The notes beneath the pieces were generated by a model that was not told where the DNA came from, searched no databases, and saw only the letters and a program-made list of their open reading frames with translations. Positions 11,761 to 24,306 of a stretch of DNA of 61,018 bases are shown here, piece by piece (position 1 is the first letter of the stretch; each line of letters begins with the position of its first letter). A program made the translations under genes and the position numbers. This DNA comes from Chiloscyllium plagiosum (lineage: Eukaryota), in assembly GCF_004010195.1 (NCBI RefSeq), contig NC_057719.1, forward strand, positions 32,432,988-32,494,005. The letters are read 5' to 3'.

Positions 11761-12055
11761 CTCCAAGATGCTTTGTGGGACTGTTTGGTTTGTGCCCTCC
11801 AACATGAAGCCATCCAACGGAAGCGACTAACAAAGGATGACTTGGATTTCAAGACGGCTTTTGAAATCACTACCTCAGTGGAGTTGGCTGCCAGTGAAGC
11901 CATGCCTGGGTACATAAAGTAGTGGAAGCGTGGCAGAGTGTGGTGCCAACCATAGAGTGTCGCCGATGTGGTGTCAGTGGCCACAAGGAGTCAGCGTGTG
12001 AGACTCAGGAAGCCCAGTCCTGCAGGTGTAAGTGAGTGCACCACTTTGCCTGAAA
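11758..12055 (+). pseudogene. gag: Gypsy gag C-terminal remnant with CCHC zinc knuckles
   Basis: LQDALWDCLVCALQHEAIQRKRLTKDDLDFKTAFEI; CRRCGVSGHKESAC (CX2CX4HX4C) near 11956-11997 and a second broken knuckle. Confidence 0.8.
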
Positions 12056-12097
12056 TCATTGGGTACATCCCAAACAAGTCTTGGCTGAGAGCAGTGC

Positions 12098-12278
12098 TTG
12101 GGTGAATGGGGGTGGGGATGAAGGTGATAGGTCAGAGAGGAGGGTGGAGTGGATAGGTGGAAAGGAAGATAGGCAGGTAGGACAAGTCATGGGGACAGTG
12201 CTGAGCTGGAAGTTTGGAACTGGGGTGAAGTGGGGGAAGGGGAAATGAGGAAACTCTACAAGGAGCAGCCAACTGCTC
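12098..12278 (-). mobile_element. PLE 3'-region fragment between 18-bp direct repeats
   Basis: cttggctgagagcagtgc at 12080-12097 and 12279-12296; the minus strand has gacctatcacc in a pyrimidine tract, as at 1-60. Confidence 0.55.
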
Positions 12279-12728
12279 CTTGGCTGAGAGCAGTGCAAGA
12301 TAGTGGAAGAATGGTTTTCTGTTGACTTAGAGTGGCTTGTTTGGTTTAAGAGGTGTTGAAATAAATCACAATTGAGAAAAATAGTAGCTCTGGGTAACAG
12401 GATTAAGATAGCATGCAAAAGCTTCTTTGTAAACACACACCTGCTGTTGTTTATACAGAGACAGCTGGATAAAGACACCCTTGAGTATGCTGATCAAAGA
12501 ATTCTATAGCTAGCTGATCTAAAGTCTGAGATTCATCACAAGTACATTCACCTAAGATTTCCAGATTATCATTCTTACAGATTTTGAATATACATAAATA
12601 TATGTATATATTTTAAAATACAATAGGCAATAATTTTGGAATAACTTTGGACAGACTGCCTTAGACAGTCAGGAAGAGTACTCACACAGCTAGCTGTGAG
12701 GTTGAATTACAGGTGCAGAAGTCAGCAG

Positions 12729-12958
12729 TTTTTGAAATAAAAGAGGTGTGTATGTAGTTGTGGGTGTGTGCTGCCCCTTTAAGTGAGTGGGTCAGGTGAC
12801 CTGGAAGGCTGAGCGTTGGGCAGTGTAGATCCAAGAGTGTGGCTGTAAAGACATGTAACAATAAACTGTTCCCAGTTCAAGTTTCTACAGATTTACCTTA
12901 TGGTCTTTTTATAATTAGACTCAAACACGTCATGTCACCTGTCATTTCCAGACAAGGA
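12729..12958 (+). repeat. Partial copy of the Gypsy 3' LTR (direct repeat of 17174-17416)
   Basis: About 230 bp of close similarity, including the aataaactgttcccagttcaagtttctacag polyadenylation region. Confidence 0.9.
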
Positions 12959-12963
12959 TGCAT

Positions 12964-13279
12964 TGTGAAAGCCCCAAGGACCGAAATAAGAGTGTCTGAT
13001 AAACATCAGGTCCATAAGGCTACCTGTCACTGACCAACCAGTCACATGATTAATTTGATTGGGTGAGGATGTAATTAATTAATAATATAAGTGGCCTGTA
13101 ATTGCTAAAGGTGGGCTATTAATAAATGTATAAAAAAATGTATGTTTTTCAGTTGTTCAGCAAAGAAGCTTCTACACCTTCACAGGTTTCTTCCCACTGC
13201 TGTAACTTTAATAAACTCCCTGATGTTGGAAGGGAACCATGGGCGTTGAGCGATTTATTTCATCATTCCACCCCAACAT
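12964..13279 (+). mobile_element. Possible solo LTR
   Basis: TGT...ACA ends, tataaaa near 13129 and aataaa near 13210; no TSD found. Confidence 0.35.
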
Positions 13280-13399
13280 AAGACAAGAGGAGTCAACAAA
13301 AAATAATACTGAAAACAAGCCATAAGGTCAGTGCTGCCAGCCAAGAGGTAGACTGGGAGTCAGCTGGGTCTGCAAGAGGCCCAGAGTCAGCAGAGTTTC

Positions 13400-16300
13400 T
13401 GTTACACATTCCATTTGTATGGGGTGAAGCTGATCGTTCTTCCCAAATTAGTGGGGAAGACAGTAAACGTGGAAGTGGATATGGTCACAGCAGTTTCTCT
13501 GATTCCAGAATCAATCTACAGGGAGAGGTTTAAAGGCACTGCAATTGAAACTGGACAAGGTTACACTATGGGCATACATGGAACAAGTGGTGCCACTGAA
13601 AGGCTGGAGGATCAGTGTGAGAAACAAAACTCACTCACAAATCAGCCTGAGACAAAGCCTTGGAAACAAGAACAATTTATTTCGACCTTGCAAGTACCGG
13701 ACGCCTCTGCAATCAAGCAAAAATGCGCGCATAACAAAGCATGTAAACTTTCTTTGTTCAGTTTGCAAGTTGCTGAATCAGGCCTCCCTTTTCTCATTGG
13801 TCTAATCTCATTCTATCATAAGCCGGTTACCTCACTTGTTTTTCCCTAATTTTCCTTATCTGACTACCCTGCTGTCCTTGTCCTTGTCTGTTACAGCCTG
13901 TCTGTTATTTTATCCAGTTCCCCTTATCATACTATAAGCTTAATGTGAAATGCCACTACTGCTTATCTTGTGGTCAGCTACAACACTTTAAATGTTATTT
14001 CTTAGTTTAAAACTATTTCTTAAACAAAAACCTCTATATTTGTTAAAATCTTAGTCTTAAGTATGCTGCAAGAATCCCGCGACCGTTTGTGTGATGTTCC
14101 CCTTCCCCACAACACCCCCTCACCCATCTGCAAAAACAACATCTCTAATCACCACCACCTGCAGAAACTACATTTCTAATCTCCCACATCAGTGTGCAGA
14201 ATTAACACTTGACATAGTAAGAGGCAAATACCTTTCATCATCCAGAGACTCCTGGTTACAGAAAATAAAGTTGAACTACATGTGGTTAATGGGCTGGCAG
14301 ACTCAGGCATGAGTTTGCCAGAGCTCCTAAAGATGTCTTCAAGGAAACCCCAGGGAAATGAAAGGAGTCAAAACTAAACTGCAGCTGAAGCCAGAGACTT
14401 AATTGAGGTTTTATACAGTCCAGTATGCCACCTGTGGAGTGAGGTGGAACTGAAATGGCTGGAGAACTTGGGACCAGTATCATCAGTGAATAGGCCCCTC
14501 CCATCATTCTGGTCTTACAAACAGATGGTGCAGTCAGGATTGTGGTGACTAAGGTCACAGTCAACTCAGTCCTGAGTGCAGATCAATACCCACTTCCACT
14601 CATTGAGGATCTGTTCAGTTGACTGGCTGGGGGAAAGAAATTCTCAAAAATGGATCTGTTGCAGGCCTACCTACAGAAGGGGTTCATGAAGAAGTTCAAG
14701 CTGATGCTGACGATAGTGACCCATAGGAGGCTGTATGGTTATGAGGGGTTTCGTTTGGCATCGTGTCAGTGCCAGTTCTATTCCAGAGGGCCATGGACCA
14801 AATTGTGAAGGAGTTGCCAGGCGTCTAGTGTTATGTGGACAATATTTTGATTACTGAATCCTCTGAAGAGAAGCATTTGAGAAACCCAGAAGAAACCCTA
14901 AAAAGATTGCAGAAGCCTAGTAGCCTACAGGTTAAAAGGGAGAAATGTAAGGTTTTTTTGGGACTGTATTGAGTACCTGGGTCATGTAATCAAAGGTGAG
15001 GGATTACACAAGGCACCCAAGAAGATGGAGGCTATCATGAAATCTTCTGGATCAGAGAATATGTCTCAACTGAGATCGTTCTTGAGCCTTGTGAATTATT
15101 ATGGCAAGTTCATATCGATCTGGCAACTGTGCTGAAAGCCCTGCATTAGTGGCTGAGCAAAAGGCAGCAGTGAAAATGGATCTAGGAATGTGAGGAGGCT
15201 CACCAGGTGAAGCAAGCCCTTAAAGGTTGGAAAGGTTGACTCCTTTTCACCTGCAGCTGCCACTGCACTTGGTGTGTGAGGCCTCGTCCTATGCAGTTGG
15301 GGCTGCACTGTCACACATCCTGCTGAATGGAGAGGAAAGGCCCATTGTTTTCACATCCAGGTCACTAATAAAGATGGAGGAGAAATATGCCCAAGTGGAA
15401 AGGGAAGGATTGAACATTGGGTTAGTATTAAGAAGTTCACCCAGTTCCTTTAGGGCAGGCGCTTTGTGCTGCTGACCAACCACAGACCTTTAAGCTTCAT
15501 TTTTGACCATATATGGGGATGCCATCGATAGTGACAGTACACATGCAGATATTGACACTGGATCTGTCGGCAATCTTCAGGAAATCTGTTAGTAACAGGC
15601 AGAGAAGCACAGCTGTACAGATGCCCTGTGAAGGTTGTCACCACCAGGGGACACAGTTGTTCCTGAAAATTATATACTTTTCCCAGAAAGACAAGGTACG
15701 GCAGTGTTAGTGATAGTGAGGCAGGTGCGCAGCACTACTCAGTTTTGAGCCAAATGATGGACTTGGTCCTGAGAGGAAGGATTTGTCATAGAAACTGCCC
15801 AGAATTACACCCTTACCTATCCAGGATGTGGGAGCTGTCTGTATCAGATGGGTGTATCATGGGGAGAGTGAGAGTTGTTATCCCTTCCCCGTTAAGAGGA
15901 AAGGTGCTGGAACAAATGCGCCAAGGGCAGCCTGGCATAGTGCAAGTGAAGGAAATAGCCAGGGACTACTCTTGATGGCTGAATGGGGACTTTCAGGTTG
16001 AGGAGAAAATGGGATCATGACAATCCTGTCCATTAGTAAGGAAGGTGCTGCCATTATCACCCCTTCACCCATGGGAATGGCCTCAATCACCATGGCAGTA
16101 GATTCATGTCGATTTCACAGGACCAGTAGAGGGAGAGATGGTACTAGTGGTCATGGATGCCCACTCCAAGTGGCCCAAGGTGGCAGTATCAGCAGAAGCA
16201 ACAATACACTGACTGGATGAAATACTTACCAGGTTCAGGAACCCTGAAAAAGTTGTGAGCAACAATGGTCCACAGTTTATGGGCATAAGATTTTGATTAT

Positions 16301-16760
16301 TATCTGGATAATCACAGAATCTCACATTGGCTCCATACCACTCTGCAACAAATGGCCTGGTGGAGAGATTTGTATAAACCTTGAAGCAGGCCTTAAAGGC
16401 CTAACAAGGGGAGGGGTTGCTGAACAGTTACTCAAGTCCCTCAGAATGTACAGGAAAATGCCACACAACAATGACCCAGTGGTCGCCTGTTTCCCTAATG
16501 TTCAGCTGCCAGCTGAGAACCATGTATGACGTACGTGGCCAGAAGAGAGCAGACAGGTGGGCAGATCACCAGAAGGGCAGGAACCTCAAAGTCTAAGATA
16601 TTCCAAAAAGCAGAGACTATATTGGCCAGAAATTATACATCTCGGGAAAAATGGATCCCAGTGCTGGTGGTGGCTCAAACAGGATCATTGTCATATACAT
16701 CAGAGACCAGGGATGAACTGGGCTGGAGGGGACAGGTGAACTGGCTAGTCACCACACCTC
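13400..16760 (+). pseudogene. pol: Gypsy pol remnant (protease-RT-RNase H-integrase) with many stops and frameshifts
   Basis: Protease VEVDMVTAVSLIPE; RT DQYPLPLIEDLF and YVDN (14832-14843, degenerate YXDD); RNase H CEASSYAVGAALSH..EERPIVFTSRSL; integrase IHVDFTGP, MDAHSKWP, SNNGPQF, APYHSATNGLVERF. Confidence 0.92.
13616..14188 (-). mobile_element. Solo LTR (573 bp) inserted in the Gypsy protease region
   Basis: Ends TGTGAGA...TCCCACA; 4-bp TSD tcag at 13612-13615 and 14189-14192; minus-strand AATAAA at 13676-13681. Protease-like sequence resumes afterwards (LTLDIVRGKY..WLQKIKLN). Confidence 0.75.
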
Positions 16761-17046
16761 ACCAATGGGGGGGAGGTCCCTCAAAACACCAGATTGTCCA
16801 GATGGAACCAGGGGCGTCGACTGAGTCATGTGTCCAAGGAGGAGACAACAGCTATGTCACAGGGTAACAACAGCCAGAGAGGGATCTATCTGCTGAACAG
16901 CCGGAACTTCCAGACGTCCAGTTTAGTGCACCAGGAAATGTTCCTGAGGCAAGGAGACGGTCTTCTAGAAACCACCAGCCCCCTGACACAGTGATTATGT
17001 CAATGTAGACTACAGAAGCAATGGCTTGCATAAGAAGGAAGGGGGG

Positions 17047-17420
17047 TGTGGGGGTGGGGTTTGGGGGGGATGGTTGTTCTCCCATGTTTTCCATTCTTCT
17101 ATAAATATTCCTGACACACGGTTATGGTGCTGTATAATATTTAAAATTGTGTATATATGCTCATTAATAGGGGTTTTTGAAATAAAGGAGGGACAGGTGT
17201 GTATGTAGTTGTGGGTGTGTGCTGCCCCTTTAAGAGAGTGGGTCAGGTGACCTGGAAGACTGAGCTTTGGGCAGTGCAGGTCCAAGAGTGTGGCTGTAAA
17301 GACAAGTAACAATAAACTGTTCCCAGTTCAAGTTTCTACAGATTTACCTTATGGTCTTTTTATAATGTATAATTAGACCCAAACATGTCACATTATCTGT
17401 CATTTCCAGACCAGGAACAC
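17047..17420 (+). repeat. Gypsy 3' LTR (ends at 17390 or 17420)
   Basis: Starts TGTG immediately after the polypurine tract; AATAAA at 17311; candidate CACA ends at 17390 and 17420. Confidence 0.7.
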
Positions 17421-20400
17421 AGCAAGTAATTTACCACAAACTTCTAATATTAGTCTGTCTTTCTTTCCCAGGTTACAATTCCGGTGGCTTTACTAATGTG
17501 ACAAATTCACTCATTCTCCTTTATTGTTTAAAATAGTGTCTTTAAATCAATATATTAAAGTGATTTTACACAAAATTATGGGCTGAATTAACTGTGCCAA
17601 TGGCTACTGGATTCACTGCATTGATTTTCCAGATCAGAGGGACATTGATGTTGCTGTAATGTTCATTTGCTGGTTAGGATTTCTGTCATAATCTTTAATC
17701 ATTTTCAGAATGGGATCATTAGTTGGACGTCCAGCATGATTTTCACTGCCAAGATAGCATAGGTATTAACAACACAAAACATACTGAGGGATCTGCAGGG
17801 TGAGACAACACCTAAAGAAAATAGGAACTTGAGTGTTGTAATACTCAGCAGAGATGTAAGCCTGCTGAAGGCTGGATTAAAGGGAAATGGATAAGATGCC
17901 TCACCATTTCCTTTATCTGAAACCTCTCTTGCTATTTGGGTAAGGTAGAAAAGGAAAAGGCAGCTGCTAGCACCATTAGCACAAACGCTGGCCCGTTTTT
18001 GTTACACCATCCTTTTCTTCCATCATCCTTTCCACCCTCATTGCCTGCAGTGATTCTAACTGACATTCTGTTGAAACAGAACCTGACTCCATCTGATATC
18101 CACACAGGTGCATGTTTTCCAGAAGAGTTTAATGGATAGGAATTATAAGTAAGAAACCTAATTGGTTTTCTCACTCTTGATCTGCATGGCATAATATCAC
18201 ACGTTCTCCTGGGTGGGAGATAACATTTTTCAGGTAGCACATAACAACTTGCCAAAATGGTCGAAATAAGAGGACAGGTTGTAATTAATAATCAGCTAGC
18301 AGGCTGCAGATGGAAACAGATGCCCTGACAGCTCCAGGTCACTGAAATATTGGAAAGTTGCTGGCTTCTTGAACAGAAAAACACAGGTCCATGGGGGAAG
18401 TGAGACTGGTAGGCTGGAGTGGTAAGTGTCCTAGGTGTATCATGCATTCAATTTTAATCCCATAAGACAAAGTTTCTTCCAGTTCCTCTTTGACTCAACA
18501 AATAGCTGAGACTGGCTGGACCATGAGCAGTGCAATTCCGAAACAGCACTGATATTCAATTTAAATTCAATTAAATATTTAAATCTGCTTTGCGGATATT
18601 CATCTAGGCTGCCTGTTCGGAAAACCCCAACACAATGGAACTGGCCATCGTGAAATTGGGACTGCCGTGACTGGTTAGTCTACATTATTTTTACAATGTT
18701 AGCATTCCATTTTCATTGGGTGAGAGAATGTGCAAACCATAACTGTATTTTTACAAGATAAATTGTTGGCTGTAGGAGTTAAGAGCATCTACAGAGGGGG
18801 TTTTGCTGAGTGATGAATTAGAGGAGGTTACAAGTTTATAGGGAGAGTGCAAACAAATGGTATAAATTTTAGATTTCTGGCTCTTTGCTGAAGTAATGGA
18901 GCTGTGAGCTTTTGTGGTTCTATTAAACATTTATATAGGAAACCCTTCAGGACATTGTTAACAAAGCCATGGATTCACATGTCCCAGTTTTTACAGAGAT
19001 AGATATGGGAGCAGCATTCGGACAAACTATCAACAGGAGACAAAGCTATTATTCTGGACACAATTATTAAAAGTGAATATGTTAGCTAATACTGCAGTTG
19101 TTGATTTCAGTCATTCTAATATCTGTGTTCGTGAGTTTAGTCACAAGTGAACAATGAATGATTCTGAGAAGCTCCAGACCCTGAAACATAGAGAAAGAGA
19201 GAGCGCTTGATTAAGTGGTTCAGTTCCACTGAGAAGTTCTGTAGATTAAAGAGGTAGAAACCATAGATGTTTTGGGAGAATAGTAAAATGAGAAAATGAC
19301 AGCTGGAAATCATAATGCAATGCAATTAATGGGATTGGTAAACATGCTCAAAAGTTAATGATTGAACAATGCAAACATAAAAGAGTTCATCCATTTTAAT
19401 TAATCAAGTTCAACAATCAATTATTAATTATGATTATTGATTAGCAAGTCTTAATAATTTCAGTATCTCATCCAATTATTATACAACAATGGTGATGTGC
19501 TGTTACTTTTGTGATAGCAAACACATTAAATCAGCACAGGCAGTGACTATCAAGAACAGTTACCATCCTAATTTGTGGTGATTAATACAGATTACTCTTC
19601 ACCTTGGCTGGTATTTTAGACACAATAACCTGCAACTTACACCTGCACCATCACTCCTTGCATGCCAAACAATAGTGCATCAAATCCCTGAGTCTCCAGA
19701 TGCTGATGCGGAACTCTCATCCAAAATAGATTAAAACAGGCGACTCAGGAATTTGATGCAAAATTGTTCGGCATGATTTGCAGAATAATACCACAGAGTA
19801 CATAGAACAGGTTTGTAAACTTTATCAAGATAAAGGTGGGGAAAGGCAATTTGGTGGTGATCTGTAGGGATAGCATTCCATTTGGAACATGGTGGCATTA
19901 TAATGTGCACAAATATCATGAGAAAAACATTCTGTATTTTGAGATTTCTTAGCCGGTAGAATGTGAACTATTCCCTGTAGGAATAGTTGGATATTTTGAT
20001 AGATTTTGTTTCTTAATTACAGTATGTCATTAAATATTCCAAATTATAATGAGGACTGTTAAATACAATGTAAAGAAGAATTCTTATAAATTAACTTTAA
20101 TTTGCATTTTGTACAATGTATGGTTATTAATCTAATTAATACCCATTTAAAATGACAGAATGGAATTTAGAAGTGCATTCTACCTGAGATTTTAAAATAC
20201 ATTTAATTTTCCAATTTCACACTCTATTTAGACAGAACACTGAACACATTAATTAGAGCTCTGGCTAACATTTCAGAAGCAATTCATTCTTTGTTAATTT
20301 GCCATATGGTGAGGCTCATTAATCGCAAACAAACTAAATAAGACAACATGCGACTCTGAGCTTGTTGCAAAGGCAATATTTGCTGGAATTGGAGATCTCG

Positions 20401-20649
20401 GCCACAAAGTTGGACAGAGCCTAAAAATAGCTGGGTGGGTCAGAATGCACCCGTTGATTCCTAAATCAATGATTGCGGCATGAAGTCAGCACTTAGTGCA
20501 CTGTTGATGGCTACATGCCTGACTGAGAGGAACAGAATCGTGAGAGGTTAGCACAAACTCCAGCTAGCTTGAACTGCTTAAAATGCTCTTGGAAGAGATT
20601 TGTATCATGACTAGAGCAGGTGCAGTAAGTGAATTAAAAAAAGAGATTT

Positions 20650-21710
20650 TTGGCATGGAGAACACTCTATAGCACAACATGACAGAGAATGGTTCCAAAG
20701 TTGTTCAGATTTACTTAGATACTTTGGTGTAGAAAGTGTTAAGAAGAGCTATTGTTGATTTACAAGTGGTTTGGAATCCCTCTAGAGAACTTTGTAAAGA
20801 TAAGAGGACTGAATAGTCATAGTGTTAACTGCCAGAATTCAGGTTTGTGTGACCTGGACGCAGAAGGTTCAGTGATTTCACCGAAGTGCCAAATATCAGT
20901 GAATGCAACTTCAATTACTGCATCCCACCAACTCTACCATTATTCTCAATGTGCCAAAAACCACTCATTCAGTCACCAACAGTCAGAACTATTTCTAATA
21001 TCCATAGCTTCACCTTTTCCTTACTCACTACAGCAAGACTCATATCCACATCTCACATTTCCCACACACAGTCAGATATTCAAAGCATGGCACCAGCATC
21101 ATCCAATTAGTTTTCACCATGGCCTCTAACACAAATCACTCACTCCTGTTGGAGAAGTGATGCCTTACCAGATACAGCAGGAGCTAACTGATGAAGGATA
21201 GGCTTAGCTGCATGTCCTCTATCCTAATAAAGGAGGCAGTGCTGATTGTCACTGACTGACCTTGACTAAGGCTACAATGAGCAGCAGGGATGACAGCATT
21301 CTTCAATATAATTGCCTTATAGTCACTTCCTCCTCATTTACAAACTACCGGTGATATGAGCGCACATCTCAGCACAATCCTTGTGCCTTGTGCCTTTTTC
21401 CTTCCAGATGCCTATGTAGCCAGGCACTGATGGAAGAGCTAGAGGTGAAGGGGCAGGAAGACAGTGATGAAGAAGAAGCATCAACACTCAAATACTGACA
21501 CTGTATCTACTTTAGAGGATAGTTTAGAATTGCATGTAGTAAGACATTGGTGAGCAGCAGTCAGGATAGGGAACAAGTTAATGCAAGTGCCAGCCTATCT
21601 GAGGATAAAGTCACACATAAATTCCACTGTTGAAGGCTCAGATAAGAACTTTGATGGGACAGCCTATGGAAGAAATTTGATGGGGCAGCCTATGGAAGAA
21701 ATTTGATGGG
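20650..21710 (+). mobile_element. Probable PIF/Harbinger remnant (Myb/SANT-like gene)
   Basis: Very decayed similarity to P(R/K)FSD..L..LV..V and TWTQ..K.F.D motifs at 20690-20880; by-eye call only. Confidence 0.35.
21644..21710. repeat. 26-bp tandem repeat, about 2.6 copies
   Basis: Unit aagaaatttgatggggcagcctatgg. Confidence 0.9.
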
Positions 21711-22056
21711 TATTGTGAAAATCCACTTCATGGTTTATATGTTTTAGAGTATAACCTCTAGGTCAGAGATGAAAGTGTTAACTGTAAGTGAAATAGACAA
21801 AACCTGGCTAAGAACCTTGATGCAATAGTAAATCAAACAAACTTAAAATTTAAACAATTTCTGTTTCTCTAACAATTAGGTGAGAATTGCTGGTAACTAA
21901 AACTGAAACAATGAGCAACCCAATTCTGGGCCTCTGGGTACAGCCAGGGTGTAAAACTTCATTTGAAATTTCTCTATTAAAAAACAATTTCCCATTAAGA
22001 ATTCCCTGATCTATTGTGAACATACCAATTTCATTAAAATATAAACAAAGATCAGT

Positions 22057-22312
22057 TGGATACTGGCGATCTGGAACAGAATAGAAAGTGCTTGAGAAAC
22101 TCAGGAGGTCTGGTAGCCCATAGAAAGACAAATAAAGCAACATACTGAGTTCCATGACCCTTCATCTGAGGAGCAGGAGAATTGATGTTTCAAGCATAAG
22201 CCCTTTATCAGAACAGGGTCACTGGATTTGAAGGGGTAACTCTGTTTTTCCCTCGAGAGATAATACCAGACCTGCTGAATTTCTACAGCATCTTCTGTTT
22301 TTGTTTCCAACT
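22057..22312. mobile_element. Composite of decayed PLE pLTRs (D-like minus arm, family A minus hammerhead, D-like plus arm)
   Basis: Three degenerate hammerhead cores between about 22135 and 22240; the outer arms are loosely inverted. Confidence 0.55.
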
Positions 22313-22794
22313 TTATTTGAAAGAGCCATTGCCTCAGTAAGTGTGATGGGGGTGAGACGTGATGAGGGATTTGCTACAGAAAATAAGCAAAACAAATGAA
22401 CAAGTATTTTCAGCTTTGGAGAAAAGGAAGCTTTGTTCAAGAAGTGTATTGCCAAAATGTAGTGATTGCAATGAGCTCAGCTGGGTAGGTCACAAAGAAG
22501 ATGAGTTCGCTGGTTGAGGCTGTTAATCTGGTCCAACAGGCAGTCCTGGCTGACAGGTAAGACACGGAGTGACAGACCTCCTGTTCACTCTGAGAGCTGG
22601 CTCTGAGTGTCAAGTACTATGGACATGTAAATAAAGTGTCATTTGGTGACAGGATACTGGCTTCAGTGGAATTATTTCACCAACATTATTCAAGGTTCAT
22701 CTCTGGCTTTAAAGTAAGATTCAAAAACAAATTGCAGTTTTTTCTTATTAATGTAACAAACATTAGAAGTAGAAATAAACACAGCTATTAATAA

Positions 22795-22927
22795 AAACCA
22801 AAAGAACTCCAGATGCTGTAAAACAGAAACAAAAACAGTAATTGCTGGAAAAGATCAGCAGATCTGACAGCATCTGTGGAGAGAAATTACAGTTAATGTT
22901 ATGGCTCTGGTGGCCCTTCCATAGAAC
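22795..22927 (-). mobile_element. Solo PLE pLTR, family D, 14-bp TSD
   Basis: TSD acagctattaataa at 22781-22794 and 22926-22939; the 5' end begins at the degenerate hammerhead stem I (gttct). Confidence 0.8.
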
Positions 22928-23367
22928 AGCTATTAATAATATTGGTATTATCAAGAAAATATAAGTCAGAGCAGTAGGTGGAGCTGAGAGGATGTAGAAT
23001 ATTTTGGAAAGAAAGGACTATTAAATTGGGCAGGTTTATCACCTTATCAATAAGGGTTGGCATAATTACTTAAAGTAACAGAAGGTGCTATGGCATAACT
23101 GTTACAAGTAAAAGTGAATAAAAATAGCAACGTCTACAGCAGAATCGTGGGAGGTGCTGCAGAAGAGTGAAATATACAATGAAAAAGCATGAAACCCTTA
23201 GGGTAAAATGTAAGAGCAACAAGCCCAGAGAAATATGGATGTTTAGAAGTGTTTAGGACTGGTTAAGGAGAAGGGGAGAGACAGATAATAAGTTCAAAGT
23301 TTGGGAGAAGATTTGTAGCTCGGGTGCTCGTGTTGTGGTTCTGTTCGCCGAGCTGGGAATTTGTGTT

Positions 23368-23407
23368 GCAGACGTTTCGTCCCCTGTCTAGGTGACATCC
23401 TCAGTGC
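23368..23407 (-). ncRNA. Minimal type I hammerhead ribozyme, family C, core intact
   Basis: GCA-CUGAGGA-U-GUCACCU-agac-AGGGGAC-GAAA-CGUC-UGC: stem I GCA/UGC, stem II with one mismatch, palindromic ACGU in place of stem III. Confidence 0.8.
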
Positions 23408-24266
23408 TTGGGACCCTCCTGTGAAGCGCTTCTGTGATGTTTTCTCCACCATTTATAGTGACTTGTACCTGCCACTTCCAGTTGTCAGTTCCAGCTGTCC
23501 GCTACAGTGGCCGGTATATTGGGTCCAGGTCGATGTGCTTATTGATTGAATCTGTGGATGAGTGCCATGCCTCTAGGAATTCCCTGGCTGTTCTCTGTTT
23601 GGCTTTTGTACACCAGAACTGCAAAAAGAGGAAGAAGAACACCTATATAATGTATTCGCCAAAAATGGATACCCCCGCAATTTCATCAACAGATGCCTAA
23701 GGGAAAGACAACGGAATGAGGACATGCCACAACCCAAAGGACTAGCCACACTACCATACATCAAAAACATTTCCGAACTGACAGCCAGACTACTGCGACC
23801 GCTAGGACTCATAACAGCACACAAACCAACAACCACTCTCAGACAATAACTCACCAGGAGGAAGAACCCGATACCCAACATGAGCAAAACCAATGTAGCG
23901 TACAAATTCCCATGCAAGGATGCACAAAACACTACATAGGACAAACAGGAAGACAGCTAACGGTCCGCATCCATGAACACCAACTAGCCACGAAACGACA
24001 TGACCAGCTATCCTTAGTAGCCACACACTCAGATGACAAGCAACATGAGTTCGACTGGGACAACACTACTACTTTAGGACAAGCCAAACAGAGAACAGCC
24101 AGGGAATTCCTAGATTCCACAGATTCAATCAATAAGCACATCGACCTGGACCCAATATACCGGCCACTGCAGCAGACAGCTGGAACTGACAATCGGAAGC
24201 GGCAGGTACAAATCACTATAAATGGCGGAGGAAACATCACAGAAGCGCTTCACAGGAGGCTCCCAA

Positions 24267-24306
24267 GCACTGAGGATGTCACCTAGACAGGGGACGCAAC
24301 GTCTGC
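24267..24306 (+). ncRNA. Hammerhead ribozyme, family C, with core mutation GAAA to GCAA
   Basis: Identical to the 23368-23407 motif except at position 24297. Confidence 0.7.

Larger units (their letters stand above)
11758..17420 (+). mobile_element. Decayed Ty3/Gypsy LTR retrotransposon (Mag-like), 5' end missing, with nested insertions
   Basis: Domain order gag, protease, RT, RNase H, integrase, then polypurine tract aagaaggaagggggg (17032-17046) and a TG-starting LTR. Confidence 0.9.

Noticed and set aside
21644..21710. CRISPR-like array
   Set aside because: Simple tandem duplication with no spacers, in vertebrate DNA.
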